Below are positions 38,419 through 46,939 of a stretch of DNA of 64,000 nucleotides, in pieces (position 1 is the stretch's first letter; every line of letters begins with the position of its first letter). Made by a program: the position numbers and the translations under genes. Source of the stretch: Bacillota bacterium (GTDB lineage: Bacteria; Bacillota; UBA994); assembly GCA_018333655.1 (NCBI GenBank), contig JAGXTJ010000055.1, positions 103,659-167,658 of the forward strand, written 5' to 3'. The notes under the pieces are model-generated. The model ran no database searches, had not been told where the DNA came from, and saw only the letters and a list, made by a program, of their open reading frames with translations.

Positions 38419-39825
38419 GTCAAGGGTCGCAGCAAAGTCCACGAGGGCGTCGCGAAAGCACTTAAAGGGTGGCGACACAAGCCCTGCCCCCACTTGTCCT
38501 ACGCCCGGCTCCTTATGCGCCATGCCCGTGTTAATGATGGGCAAGACCCCGGTTTCGACAACCTTGATGATATCTATGCCGAGGGGAGTGGGCTTGAAAT
38601 CAAGCGCAGGTAGGGTGAAGGCGCTGTTTTCACCATGGCAGATTTCGTGCATCTTGAGTGAATAGTTATGGGCATCTTGCACGCTACCACCCACAAATTT
38701 TACGATCGCCGGTGCGCCACCCATCGCAAAGCCACCGATCCCTAGGGTCTCGGTAATGGCGCTGTCGCCGATATCTGGCGCAGCGTCTTCTTTGCTGAAC
38801 CCGGGAAAGAGCAAGCCGGAAATATAGTTGGCAGGCCCAGTAAACCACTGATCGGAGCTGCTTATTTTTATACCAAACTCAAAGCCGTTGCGCGCCATAA
38901 TGGTGATGATACTCGCTTTTGGCACGCCGTGACCTGCTTGCAAGGTCACTTTGCAGTAGGGCATGGACAAGTTAAGAAAGTAATGGTCATTGGCCTTGAT
39001 AAACTCGAGGACGGCTTGTTTTTGCGGCAAAGAGAAAGTGGTTTTTAGCACCCAGCCCATAATTTCACGCAGAAACAAGCCGGTAGAAGCTTTATTGCGG
39101 TTGTGGCACTCATCGCCCATGTGCAGTGCCTGCGCGACAATCCCCCCCACGTCGATGCCGCCCGCAAGAGTTAGGGCTTGGTCTAGTACTGGTGCGAACT
39201 CTTTTTCAATCCACCCAAGTCTCGCCAAGACCTCTTCGCTGTAAGCCCCATAGCGCAGCACCTTGCCTAGCCCTTCGTTTATAGTGCAGTAGGCATAATT
39301 GCCATGCACTGGGTCATGCAAGATATGCACGGGCATGGAGGGCGATACAATGCCCGCCATCGGCCCTACCGCCCCGTGCTCATGGCAGGGGGCAAAGCGC
39401 ACCTCGCCACTTTTGGCGAGATTAGCCGCCTCGTCTTTATCTTTAGCCCAGCCCTCGTAAACTAAGGCTCCCATGATAGCTCCCCGCATAGGACCCACCA
39501 TGTTTTCCCAGTCAACAGGTGGTCCAGCATGCAAGATAGTCCGCTCGCCCATACCCACGACCACATCGCGAGCACGCTTGACCCCCACTAACCGTCCTGT
39601 CGCAGCCTTAACATGGCGCAGCACCTCGTCGTTGGCGCTCTCGATCTCCGCTCTATGCTGCGCCAGGCGTGATAATACCGCCAACAGTTCGACATCGCCC
39701 TCGGCGGGTGGTCGCCAGTCCAAGTGCACATGGGGAACCCCCTGTAGCCGCAAATCTGCGTTAAAGGCGGGAGTACCAACATTGATGACTTTGAGTGTTT
39801 GTCCCAGTAAACTTTGCTGCCCCAT
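38410..39825 (-). CDS. DUF1116 protein (YlbE/YahG/AllG-like) with N-terminal FdrA-tail segment
   Basis: LHAGPP, HGAVGPMAG, NEGLGKVLRYGA, MGDECHNRN, PDIGDSAITE, INTGMAHK.PGVGQVGAG; N-terminal DWRPPA. Confidence 0.9.
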   Translation of the reverse strand: MGQQSLLGQTLKVINVGTPAFNADLRLQGVPHVHLDWRPPAEGDVELLAVLSRLAQHRAEIESANDEVLRHVKAATGRLVGVKRARDVVVGMGERTILHAGPPVDWENMVGPMRGAIMGALVYEGWAKDKDEAANLAKSGEVRFAPCHEHGAVGPMAGIVSPSMPVHILHDPVHGNYAYCTINEGLGKVLRYGAYSEEVLARLGWIEKEFAPVLDQALTLAGGIDVGGIVAQALHMGDECHNRNKASTGLFLREIMGWVLKTTFSLPQKQAVLEFIKANDHYFLNLSMPYCKVTLQAGHGVPKASIITIMARNGFEFGIKISSSDQWFTGPANYISGLLFPGFSKEDAAPDIGDSAITETLGIGGFAMGGAPAIVKFVGGSVQDAHNYSLKMHEICHGENSAFTLPALDFKPTPLGIDIIKVVETGVLPIINTGMAHKEPGVGQVGAGLVSPPFKCFRDALVDFAATLDKG

Positions 39826-41367
39826 CTAAACTCCCCCCGCCACTATTTTACAGGCCAGTTCGGCAGCCTGAGCAGTACTCGTAGCCGTTAGCACCCCAGC
39901 CGACTCTAGCTTCTTGCACTGTGCGTCATAACCCTGCTTGTCGAGGTCGGTGCCGCAAACATAGCCGACTACAGCCAGATGCCTGCCACTTTGCGCGGCT
40001 ATTTCCCGGGCAATATGAAGCGTGGGCAACGTCACGCCCACTGGGTCTGCATGCGAGCCGTACCCTAGCACAAAATCTAGGATGAGCACGGCTACTTCGG
40101 GGTCACTGGCCTCTTGCAAGATGCGCTCTAACCTGATGCTAGGGTCAATCATGGGGTGGGGTCTACCCTGCGTGAAGATGTCATCGCCTAGGTCTATAAA
40201 ACAATGCCCACTGCTCACCAGGGGATTCAACAGTTTTTCATTGTCACGCTTAGCCACATTACTAAACACAGGCTGCACGCGAGCACGAGAGAGCATAAGC
40301 GCCTCCGCACAGAGCGTCCCCCCACAGTAAAGGCCGCGTATAAAGCGCTGCGTGGGCATTAACTTGCGACCTTCTTCCCTGGCGAGCGCAGCAAAGAGAC
40401 TGTTATCAACGCCCTCGCCCTGAGCCCGCGCCCCGGCCAAGCCTAGCGCTACTTTCGCTGCTCCCTCGAGAGTCGCGACAAAATGCCACCTCGCTTCAGG
40501 ATTATCTACAGGTTCGCCATCCAAGAAACAAACTACTACCGGCTTCTCTACGCCAACGAGAGCCTCTAGAATAGCCCCCTGCACCTCGCGCGCTGGCGGC
40601 TTAGAAAGGAGCACTACGACCAGAGTCGCGGCATCCTCCGCTAACGCCCTAATGCCTGCGAGCATCATCAGCCCGCCCACGTCACCGCTCAAATCGCGTC
40701 CACCCACTCCTATAGCTTGCGAAATGCCGCCGCCTAGGCGATGAATGAGCACGCTTACCTCCTGCAGGCCTGTCCCCGAGGCCGCCACCAAGCCAATGTT
40801 TCCCGCCCGCACACGGTTGGCAAAGCCCAGCCCCACACCATTAATAATCGCTGTGCCGCAGTCCGGCCCCATGAGCAGCAAACCTTTCTCTTTCGCTAGC
40901 GCCTTGAGCCGCACCTCTTCTGGCACGGAAACATTATCGCTAAAGATCATGACATTTAAGCCTTGTCGCAAGGCCAACTCTGCTTCCCGGGCCGCATACT
41001 CCCCTGGGGTGGAGATAACAACGAGGTTAGCGTCAAATTGTCGCAGTGCACTACTAATGGTCGCCGGGCTGATACCCTGCCCCTTTCTCTCTTGCTTGCC
41101 GCCACCCTTAAGTGCATTCTCAAGCTGCGCCACAATAGACGGGCTAGGCACCTTGGTGGTAACACCGATAACGCAGTCGTTAGCTGAGGCGGCACGAAGC
41201 TCAGTCGAGTCAAAACCCCTCTCCACTAGCATGGTTTTATTCATCGCTGTGGCCATGAGCATGACTACCAGTTCGGCCCCAGTCTCCTCTTTTACTTTGG
41301 CAGCGACAGACATCAGGGTCACTGAATCGAAATACTCATTTCGCAACACTTTTAGATATACAGGCAT
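39826..41367 (-). CDS. fdrA: FdrA family acyl-CoA synthetase-like protein (FdrA/YahF/AllF)
   Basis: YFDSVTLM, FSDNV, MGPDCGT, ASGTGLQE, GVGGRDL, GGTL, GRPHPMIDP, DFVLGYGSH.DP. Confidence 0.92.
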   Translation of the reverse strand: MPVYLKVLRNEYFDSVTLMSVAAKVKEETGAELVVMLMATAMNKTMLVERGFDSTELRAASANDCVIGVTTKVPSPSIVAQLENALKGGGKQERKGQGISPATISSALRQFDANLVVISTPGEYAAREAELALRQGLNVMIFSDNVSVPEEVRLKALAKEKGLLLMGPDCGTAIINGVGLGFANRVRAGNIGLVAASGTGLQEVSVLIHRLGGGISQAIGVGGRDLSGDVGGLMMLAGIRALAEDAATLVVVLLSKPPAREVQGAILEALVGVEKPVVVCFLDGEPVDNPEARWHFVATLEGAAKVALGLAGARAQGEGVDNSLFAALAREEGRKLMPTQRFIRGLYCGGTLCAEALMLSRARVQPVFSNVAKRDNEKLLNPLVSSGHCFIDLGDDIFTQGRPHPMIDPSIRLERILQEASDPEVAVLILDFVLGYGSHADPVGVTLPTLHIAREIAAQSGRHLAVVGYVCGTDLDKQGYDAQCKKLESAGVLTATSTAQAAELACKIVAGGV

Positions 41368-41461
41368 GTAGCGACCTCCCACTCTTGTGCTTGGCGCCCT
41401 TGCGCAATATTCAGACGACCAACTAGTTCTAGACTAGGGGGGCAAAATCCTTCGCCTCATT

Positions 41462-41497
41462 AAAAAAGCAACATCCTCCCGTAGGGAGGATGTTGCT
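41462..41497 (-). terminator. Rho-independent terminator of the ABC-F gene
   Basis: 14-bp perfect stem AGCAACATCCTCCC-GTA-GGGAGGATGTTGCT followed by a T-run on the minus strand. Confidence 0.9.
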
Positions 41498-41505
41498 CTA
41501 GTTCT

Positions 41506-43095
41506 TTAGGCAGTAACTTTTTGTAGGTACTCATCGTAGGTACCGCGTAAATCCAAAAGGCCTTGCGGTGTAATCTCTAGAATGCGATTGGCAATGGTTT
41601 GCAAGAGCTGATGATCATGCGAAGTCATAAGAATGTTGCCGTTATAATCTGTCAAGCCATTATTTAAGGCCGTGATGGCTTCTAGATCAAGGTGATTGGT
41701 CGGGTGGTCAAACAGCAGCAAGTTCGGATTAATTATCATCATCTTAGCCAGCATCAGGCGCACCTTCTCGCCCCCCGACAGCACCTTAACCTGCTTCTCG
41801 CCGTCCTCGCCAGAAAACAACACCCTACCGAGGAAGCTACGCACATGATTGTCGGTCTTAATAGGCGAATACTCACGCAGCCAGTCCACCAAATTAGTGG
41901 TGACACCTTCAAACAGAGCTGAATTGTCCTTGGGAAAGTAGGCCTTAGAGATGGTAATACCCCACTTGTAATAACCAGAGTCGGCCTCCATCTCTCCGGA
42001 AAGAATCTTAAGCAAGGTGGAGTTAGCCGCTTCGTTCATACCGACAAGCGCAATCTTGTCTCCCTTGGTCATGGTGAAGCTAATATTGTCGAGCACCTTG
42101 ACTCCATCTACCGTCTTGGTGAGTCCCTTAACAGTGAGTATGTCCTTGCCGGGCTCTCTCTCGGGCTTAAAGCCTAGGTATGGATAGCGGCGGGTGGAGG
42201 GAGTGATGTCATCAAGGGTAATCTTCTCGAGCAGGCGCTTACGTGAAGTGGCCTGTTTAGACTTAGAAGCATTAGCGCTAAAACGCGCTATAAACTCCTG
42301 CAGATGCTTGATGTGCTCTTCTTTTTTCTTGTTTTCGTCCTTCATCATGCGTAGGGCAAGTTGGCTAGACTCGTACCAGAAATCGTAATTACCAACATAC
42401 AGCTTAATTTTGCCGTGATCCACATCTGCCATATGCGTACAGACTTCATTCAAAAAGTGCCTATCATGGGAGACGACAATAATCGTGCCCTCGTAGTCGG
42501 CAAAAAAGTTCTCTAACCACCGTATTGACCGCGCGTCAAGGTTGTTAGTAGGCTCATCTAGAACAAGAATTCCCGGGTTGCCAAAAAGCGCTTGCGCCAA
42601 GAGCACTTTCACCTTATCAGCGCCTTGGAGTTCTTTCATCAAAGCCTGATGCAGGTCCACGCCTATGCCTAGGCCCTGCAAGAGCGACGCCGCGTCTGAC
42701 TCGGCTTCCCAACCGTTCATTTCGGCAAATTCGCACTCTAGCTCGGCCGCCTTTATACCATCTGCATCGGTAAAATCAGGCTTGGCATAGAGGTCGTTCC
42801 TAGCCGTAATGTTCTCAAAAATTCTGGGGTTACCCATGATCACCGTCTCCAGCACTGCTTTGTTGTCATACTGGTACTGGTCTTGCTTGAGTACCGACAT
42901 GCGCACGCCACGACCCACGCTAACCTCGCCTGTACTAGGCTCGAGATCGCCCGAGAGAATGCGCAAGAAAGTGCTCTTACCCGCACCGTTCGCCCCAATA
43001 ACGCCATAGCAGTTGCCTGGCGTGAACTTAAGATTGACATCGGCAAATAACTTCTGCCCGCCAAAATGCAGGCTAACATTGCTCACGTTAAGAAT
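41506..43095 (-). CDS. ABC-F family ATPase (YbiT/YkpA-like), probable ATT start
   Basis: Two ABC domains, no TM; KFTPGNCYGVIGANGAGKST, RFSANASKSKQATSR. SD spacing and homolog N-terminus point to ATT at 43095; alternative is GTG 43086. Confidence 0.9.
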   Translation of the reverse strand: MLNVSNVSLHFGGQKLFADVNLKFTPGNCYGVIGANGAGKSTFLRILSGDLEPSTGEVSVGRGVRMSVLKQDQYQYDNKAVLETVIMGNPRIFENITARNDLYAKPDFTDADGIKAAELECEFAEMNGWEAESDAASLLQGLGIGVDLHQALMKELQGADKVKVLLAQALFGNPGILVLDEPTNNLDARSIRWLENFFADYEGTIIVVSHDRHFLNEVCTHMADVDHGKIKLYVGNYDFWYESSQLALRMMKDENKKKEEHIKHLQEFIARFSANASKSKQATSRKRLLEKITLDDITPSTRRYPYLGFKPEREPGKDILTVKGLTKTVDGVKVLDNISFTMTKGDKIALVGMNEAANSTLLKILSGEMEADSGYYKWGITISKAYFPKDNSALFEGVTTNLVDWLREYSPIKTDNHVRSFLGRVLFSGEDGEKQVKVLSGGEKVRLMLAKMMIINPNLLLFDHPTNHLDLEAITALNNGLTDYNGNILMTSHDHQLLQTIANRILEITPQGLLDLRGTYDEYLQKVTA

Positions 43096-43231
43096 GGTCT
43101 ACCGCCCCTTACATGTTTTAGACATACCTTTTAATAATAGCACAAAGTCAAGCCTGTTGCTCGCTTTAGCAACAATACTTTCTCTAACGAAAAGAAAGGC
43201 CTAGCGCATGCTAGGCCAATTTACCTACAAC

Positions 43232-43795
43232 TTACACCACGCGCCCAATCCTCTTGGCCATGATGATGTCCGGCTGGCCAAAGCCGTTGGCGTCGGGCAT
43301 TATGCCGACCACCACGTAGCCAAGTTTACGGTAGAAGGCCAGGGGGTGATTGTTGATACTCTCGAGGTTCTGAGCATGCAGCAGGGGGTCGGGATAAACG
43401 TCAAGGCCAAAAATATTAGTCCCGTTACTGACATCGTCGGTGCCAAGATAAATGGTCAGGGCGCCAAGCTCGCGCACTCGCTGTTCAAGCTTCTCGACAA
43501 GCAGGGTGCCTAAATTGTGCCCGCGGCTATCCTCCCTGATGACTAGCGGATGCAGCTCGTAGACATTGCCATTATATGTCTCTATACCGCCAATCCAACC
43601 CACAATATCGCCCAGTTCATTTAAAGCCACAAAGTTAATTCTGCCCTCTTCGCAGGCCTCGACCACCTCGGTGCGGGCGGACTCCATCGTCGGATACCCA
43701 TCTGCACCCGGAAAAGCCATGTGGATGAGAGTAGCTAACTGCTCGGCACGGTTTTCCGTATAAACGTCGCGTAAATCCACTATTTTCACGGTCAT
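43232..43795 (-). CDS. GNAT acetyltransferase, AAC(6')-Ia/Ii-like
   Basis: GWIGG...Y.GNVYELHPLV, TIYLGTDD, HPLAFYRKLGY..VG..PDANG.G.PDI.MAK. Confidence 0.8.
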   Translation of the reverse strand: MTVKIVDLRDVYTENRAEQLATLIHMAFPGADGYPTMESARTEVVEACEEGRINFVALNELGDIVGWIGGIETYNGNVYELHPLVIREDSRGHNLGTLLVEKLEQRVRELGALTIYLGTDDVSNGTNIFGLDVYPDPLLHAQNLESINNHPLAFYRKLGYVVVGIMPDANGFGQPDIIMAKRIGRVV

Positions 43796-43813
43796 TTCCC
43801 CATCACTCCTTAG

Positions 43814-44521
43814 TTACGCCAGTTCGAGAGCAATCTCCATCATCTGCGTAAAGGTGTTCTGCCGCTCCTCGGCCGAAAGCGCCTCGTGCGTGACCAGGGA
43901 GTCTGAGACCGTTAAAATACACAGCGCTTGCACACCGGCCCTTGCCGCATTCATGTAGAGCGCGGCCGCTTCCATCTCCACAGCCATTACGCCCATTTTT
44001 GCCCACTTCTGCCATGAAGTTGGGTTGTCGTCGTAGAAAATATCTGAGGAGAACACATTGCCCACCTTGACGGCAATGCCCTTCTGCTCCGCTGTAGCGA
44101 CTGCCTTTTTCAGCAAAGCCCAAGATGCGGTTGGCGCATAAGTACCGGGCAAGGCATACTGACTAGCGTAGTTAGAGTTAGTCGACGCCGCCATGGCGAT
44201 GACAATGTCGCGCACCTTGACGTCTTCGAGAAATGAACCGCATGACCCCACTCTAATTAAGTTCTTGACCCCATAAAAGTGAATCAACTCATAGGAGTAA
44301 ATACCTATGGAAGGCATGCCCATGCCGCTTCCCATAACGGAAATCTTCTTACCCTGGTAAGTGCCTGTATACCCGAACATATTACGCACCGTATTAAATT
44401 GCACCGCATCCGCAAGGAAATTATCGGCAATAAACTTTGCGCGCAATGGGTCGCCGGGCAAGAGCACCGTCTCGGCAATAATGCCCTTTTCGCGCACCCC
44501 GATATGTGGCGTCGGAATCAT
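43814..44521 (-). CDS. deoD: Purine nucleoside phosphorylase (DeoD type)
   Basis: [41 protein letters not shown]. Confidence 0.96.
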   Translation of the reverse strand: MIPTPHIGVREKGIIAETVLLPGDPLRAKFIADNFLADAVQFNTVRNMFGYTGTYQGKKISVMGSGMGMPSIGIYSYELIHFYGVKNLIRVGSCGSFLEDVKVRDIVIAMAASTNSNYASQYALPGTYAPTASWALLKKAVATAEQKGIAVKVGNVFSSDIFYDDNPTSWQKWAKMGVMAVEMEAAALYMNAARAGVQALCILTVSDSLVTHEALSAEERQNTFTQMMEIALELA

Positions 44522-44599
44522 GTGGAACACACTCCTTTAAACTTTCTTCTGCCCTATTATAACCTCACACACGCGCCAAGCATAGCCTGTACTAGGGTC

Positions 44600-45844
44600 T
44601 CACTTGTCTACAGGTTCGAGTCTCAGCAGCTGCAGACCCATGTTGCGGATCTCTACCTTTGTCTGCACGCCAAAGGTCGCCGTCTTAAGCTGGTCGCGCC
44701 ACCCCTTGCTGTCCCACTCTGCGGGGTATTTTAGGCGCACCAATTGGCCTAGACTTAAGGCGTCGCTGCCGGTAGAAACCAGTCTTTGCAGGGCCTCCAG
44801 CATGTTTTGCTCAAACGTGCTCGCGATGATCTTTTCAAAAAGCTCGCTATTCTCCTGCTTACTCAGGTCTACAGTGCCGGCATAGTTGTGCAGACTGAGC
44901 CTCACATCTAGTCGTAAAGTGTAATGTGGCCGTCCCTCGGCTAGGTCGAGACTCCAATCGGCGCGAGCGCCCTCTATACTAAGGGTCATGACGCTGCCCC
45001 CGGGGAAAAATCTCTCGTCTGGGGCAAACAAGACCTTCATGAGCATGGCGTCAGCAATCCCCATTGCTACGAAGACATGCTGTGCCATGGGCAAGGTCAG
45101 TTCCCCTACCATGGTATCGCCTTGCCACAGGGCTGCCCCCACCACCTGAACATCTTCAGGAGGGGGACTTGGCAAGGCATTTTTGCCACCGCCCTCGGCC
45201 TGCTGGCCACCGCCCCCCGCGCCCTCTGCGCCTTGCCCCGGCGGAGGACGATGCTCGAGAGTGCCTATGGGACTAAGGAGAGCGGTGATGGCATCTGCGC
45301 CTGGCGTCATGACATGTGTGACAAAGTCGTACAGAGTCGTGGCTGGTGCGTCGCTCCGCCGCACAGCTCTGTGCAGAATATCTCTCAGGTGCACAGCGAT
45401 GCGCTGATGATCGGGCGGAGTAACAGCTAGTAATTCCTGCGCTGTGCCACTGGCCACGAGGACATAGGCACCAAGACGCAGGTCGGGGTGAGCCATGAGG
45501 TCGTTCACAAACGAGGAGAGAGGCTGCTCGGCCGCTTGCCGACCTATGACGATGACCGAAAGGACGCCGAGAGACAACTGCTGCCCACTGCTGTGGTGCA
45601 ACATGGCCAGAGCTTCACCAAAACTATGAGCGCGAAAGGTCAGCACGCGATTCTCTCGGGCGCGCTTTTCTTCCATTAACGGGTGTATTACAGTCACTGT
45701 AAGGTGTGGTTGTTCGGGCACCCAGTCTAGCCCTATAGCAGTGGCAAAAATTCGCTTTTCTACGGGCAGGGCATCCCAGCAACCGGTCATGAGCAGGGAG
45801 CAAATTGTTAAAGTCAGCACCAGCAGCCGCCTAGCCGTAATCAT
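44600..45844 (-). CDS. Ger(x)C spore germination lipoprotein
   Basis: Lipobox LMTGCWD, AIGLD; ATGA overlap with the GerB gene. Confidence 0.88.
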   Translation of the reverse strand: MITARRLLVLTLTICSLLMTGCWDALPVEKRIFATAIGLDWVPEQPHLTVTVIHPLMEEKRARENRVLTFRAHSFGEALAMLHHSSGQQLSLGVLSVIVIGRQAAEQPLSSFVNDLMAHPDLRLGAYVLVASGTAQELLAVTPPDHQRIAVHLRDILHRAVRRSDAPATTLYDFVTHVMTPGADAITALLSPIGTLEHRPPPGQGAEGAGGGGQQAEGGGKNALPSPPPEDVQVVGAALWQGDTMVGELTLPMAQHVFVAMGIADAMLMKVLFAPDERFFPGGSVMTLSIEGARADWSLDLAEGRPHYTLRLDVRLSLHNYAGTVDLSKQENSELFEKIIASTFEQNMLEALQRLVSTGSDALSLGQLVRLKYPAEWDSKGWRDQLKTATFGVQTKVEIRNMGLQLLRLEPVDK

Positions 45845-46935
45845 CGCCCGAGCCTGCGCTCTCTCTTGTTGACGAAGTAGGCGAGGGGCAGCAAAAGCAC
45901 CGCGCTTAGTGTGACAAACAAAATGTCGAAGGTGCCAAAATAATCGGCGAAGGTGATTAGCCTCCTTAGTGGTGTCTCTCCCCAAGTGGATACGAGAAGA
46001 AAGGCGCCCAGAAACACTGCTGTTTTCTCAAAGTTCGCCTTGGGGATTAACCCCTGAATGAGCCGCGTGCCCATGTAGAGCTGGGTTCCCGACGTTACCA
46101 CGACCATGCCGAGCCACATAAAGAGGGCCAAGCTATCAAACCGCTCTATGACCGAGGTCTCGGCGATACTTAGCATCACTAGCGTCGGCACTAGAAGGCG
46201 AGTCAGATGTTCTACGCCAAAAAACGCGAGTGCCGCCACGGTAGTCAGGGTGTAAATAGCGGTGACAAAGACCATGGCCCAAAACACTGCGCGGGCAGAA
46301 TTCTGGGGTTTTTCGAGATGCGGGTAGCTAAACAGCAGTATGTCAAAACCTGCGAAGCTAAAGGAAGCCGACTTGGCGCCGGCGAGGAGGGCGCTAAGAT
46401 CTGTGTCCCCAATTACTGGTTGAAGATGAAAGAGATGCCCCCGCAAAAGGGTGGCTACAACCAGCAGCATGAAGGGCAACCACACCATAAAGCTAATTTC
46501 TGCAAAGCGAGCTAGGCCGCTTATGCCTATTACAGCGGCCAGCACTGACAAGAGCAGCACTATGCCCGCCAAGACGCTGCTTGGCGTATGCATGAGCATG
46601 CGGTTAGTAATAATGGCGGCAAAAATACGCATTGTTAACACTATAAAGAAGCAGCATTTTAGAAAGTAGAGCAGCAGCCACACGCGCCCCACGATGGGCC
46701 CCATAAGCCTTAGCCCCCAGCCTGCTGGGTCTTCCTCCGGAAAGTAACTGGCTAGTCGGTTAGAAAGGAGCGCCACTATGAGGAGCACCAGCCCGGCAAA
46801 GGCCACGACCACCCAAGCGGAGCGTCCCGCATCTTGTGCCGCCACGCGCGGCAAGGAAAAAATGCCATTGGCAATTAAGGCACCGATAATGAGTACGCCA
46901 TGCTGGAACGATGTGAGCCGATTTCTCACCCGCAT
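45841..46935 (-). CDS. GerAB/GerKB spore germination permease subunit
   Basis: GIFSLPR, AGRSAW, FSFAGFD, IERFD; polytopic. Confidence 0.88.
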   Translation of the reverse strand: MRVRNRLTSFQHGVLIIGALIANGIFSLPRVAAQDAGRSAWVVVAFAGLVLLIVALLSNRLASYFPEEDPAGWGLRLMGPIVGRVWLLLYFLKCCFFIVLTMRIFAAIITNRMLMHTPSSVLAGIVLLLSVLAAVIGISGLARFAEISFMVWLPFMLLVVATLLRGHLFHLQPVIGDTDLSALLAGAKSASFSFAGFDILLFSYPHLEKPQNSARAVFWAMVFVTAIYTLTTVAALAFFGVEHLTRLLVPTLVMLSIAETSVIERFDSLALFMWLGMVVVTSGTQLYMGTRLIQGLIPKANFEKTAVFLGAFLLVSTWGETPLRRLITFADYFGTFDILFVTLSAVLLLPLAYFVNKRERRLGR

Positions 46936-46939
46936 GAGT

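Noticed and set aside
45165..45250. Gly/Pro-rich segment in GerC
   Set aside because: Low-complexity loops are common in Ger(x)C proteins.
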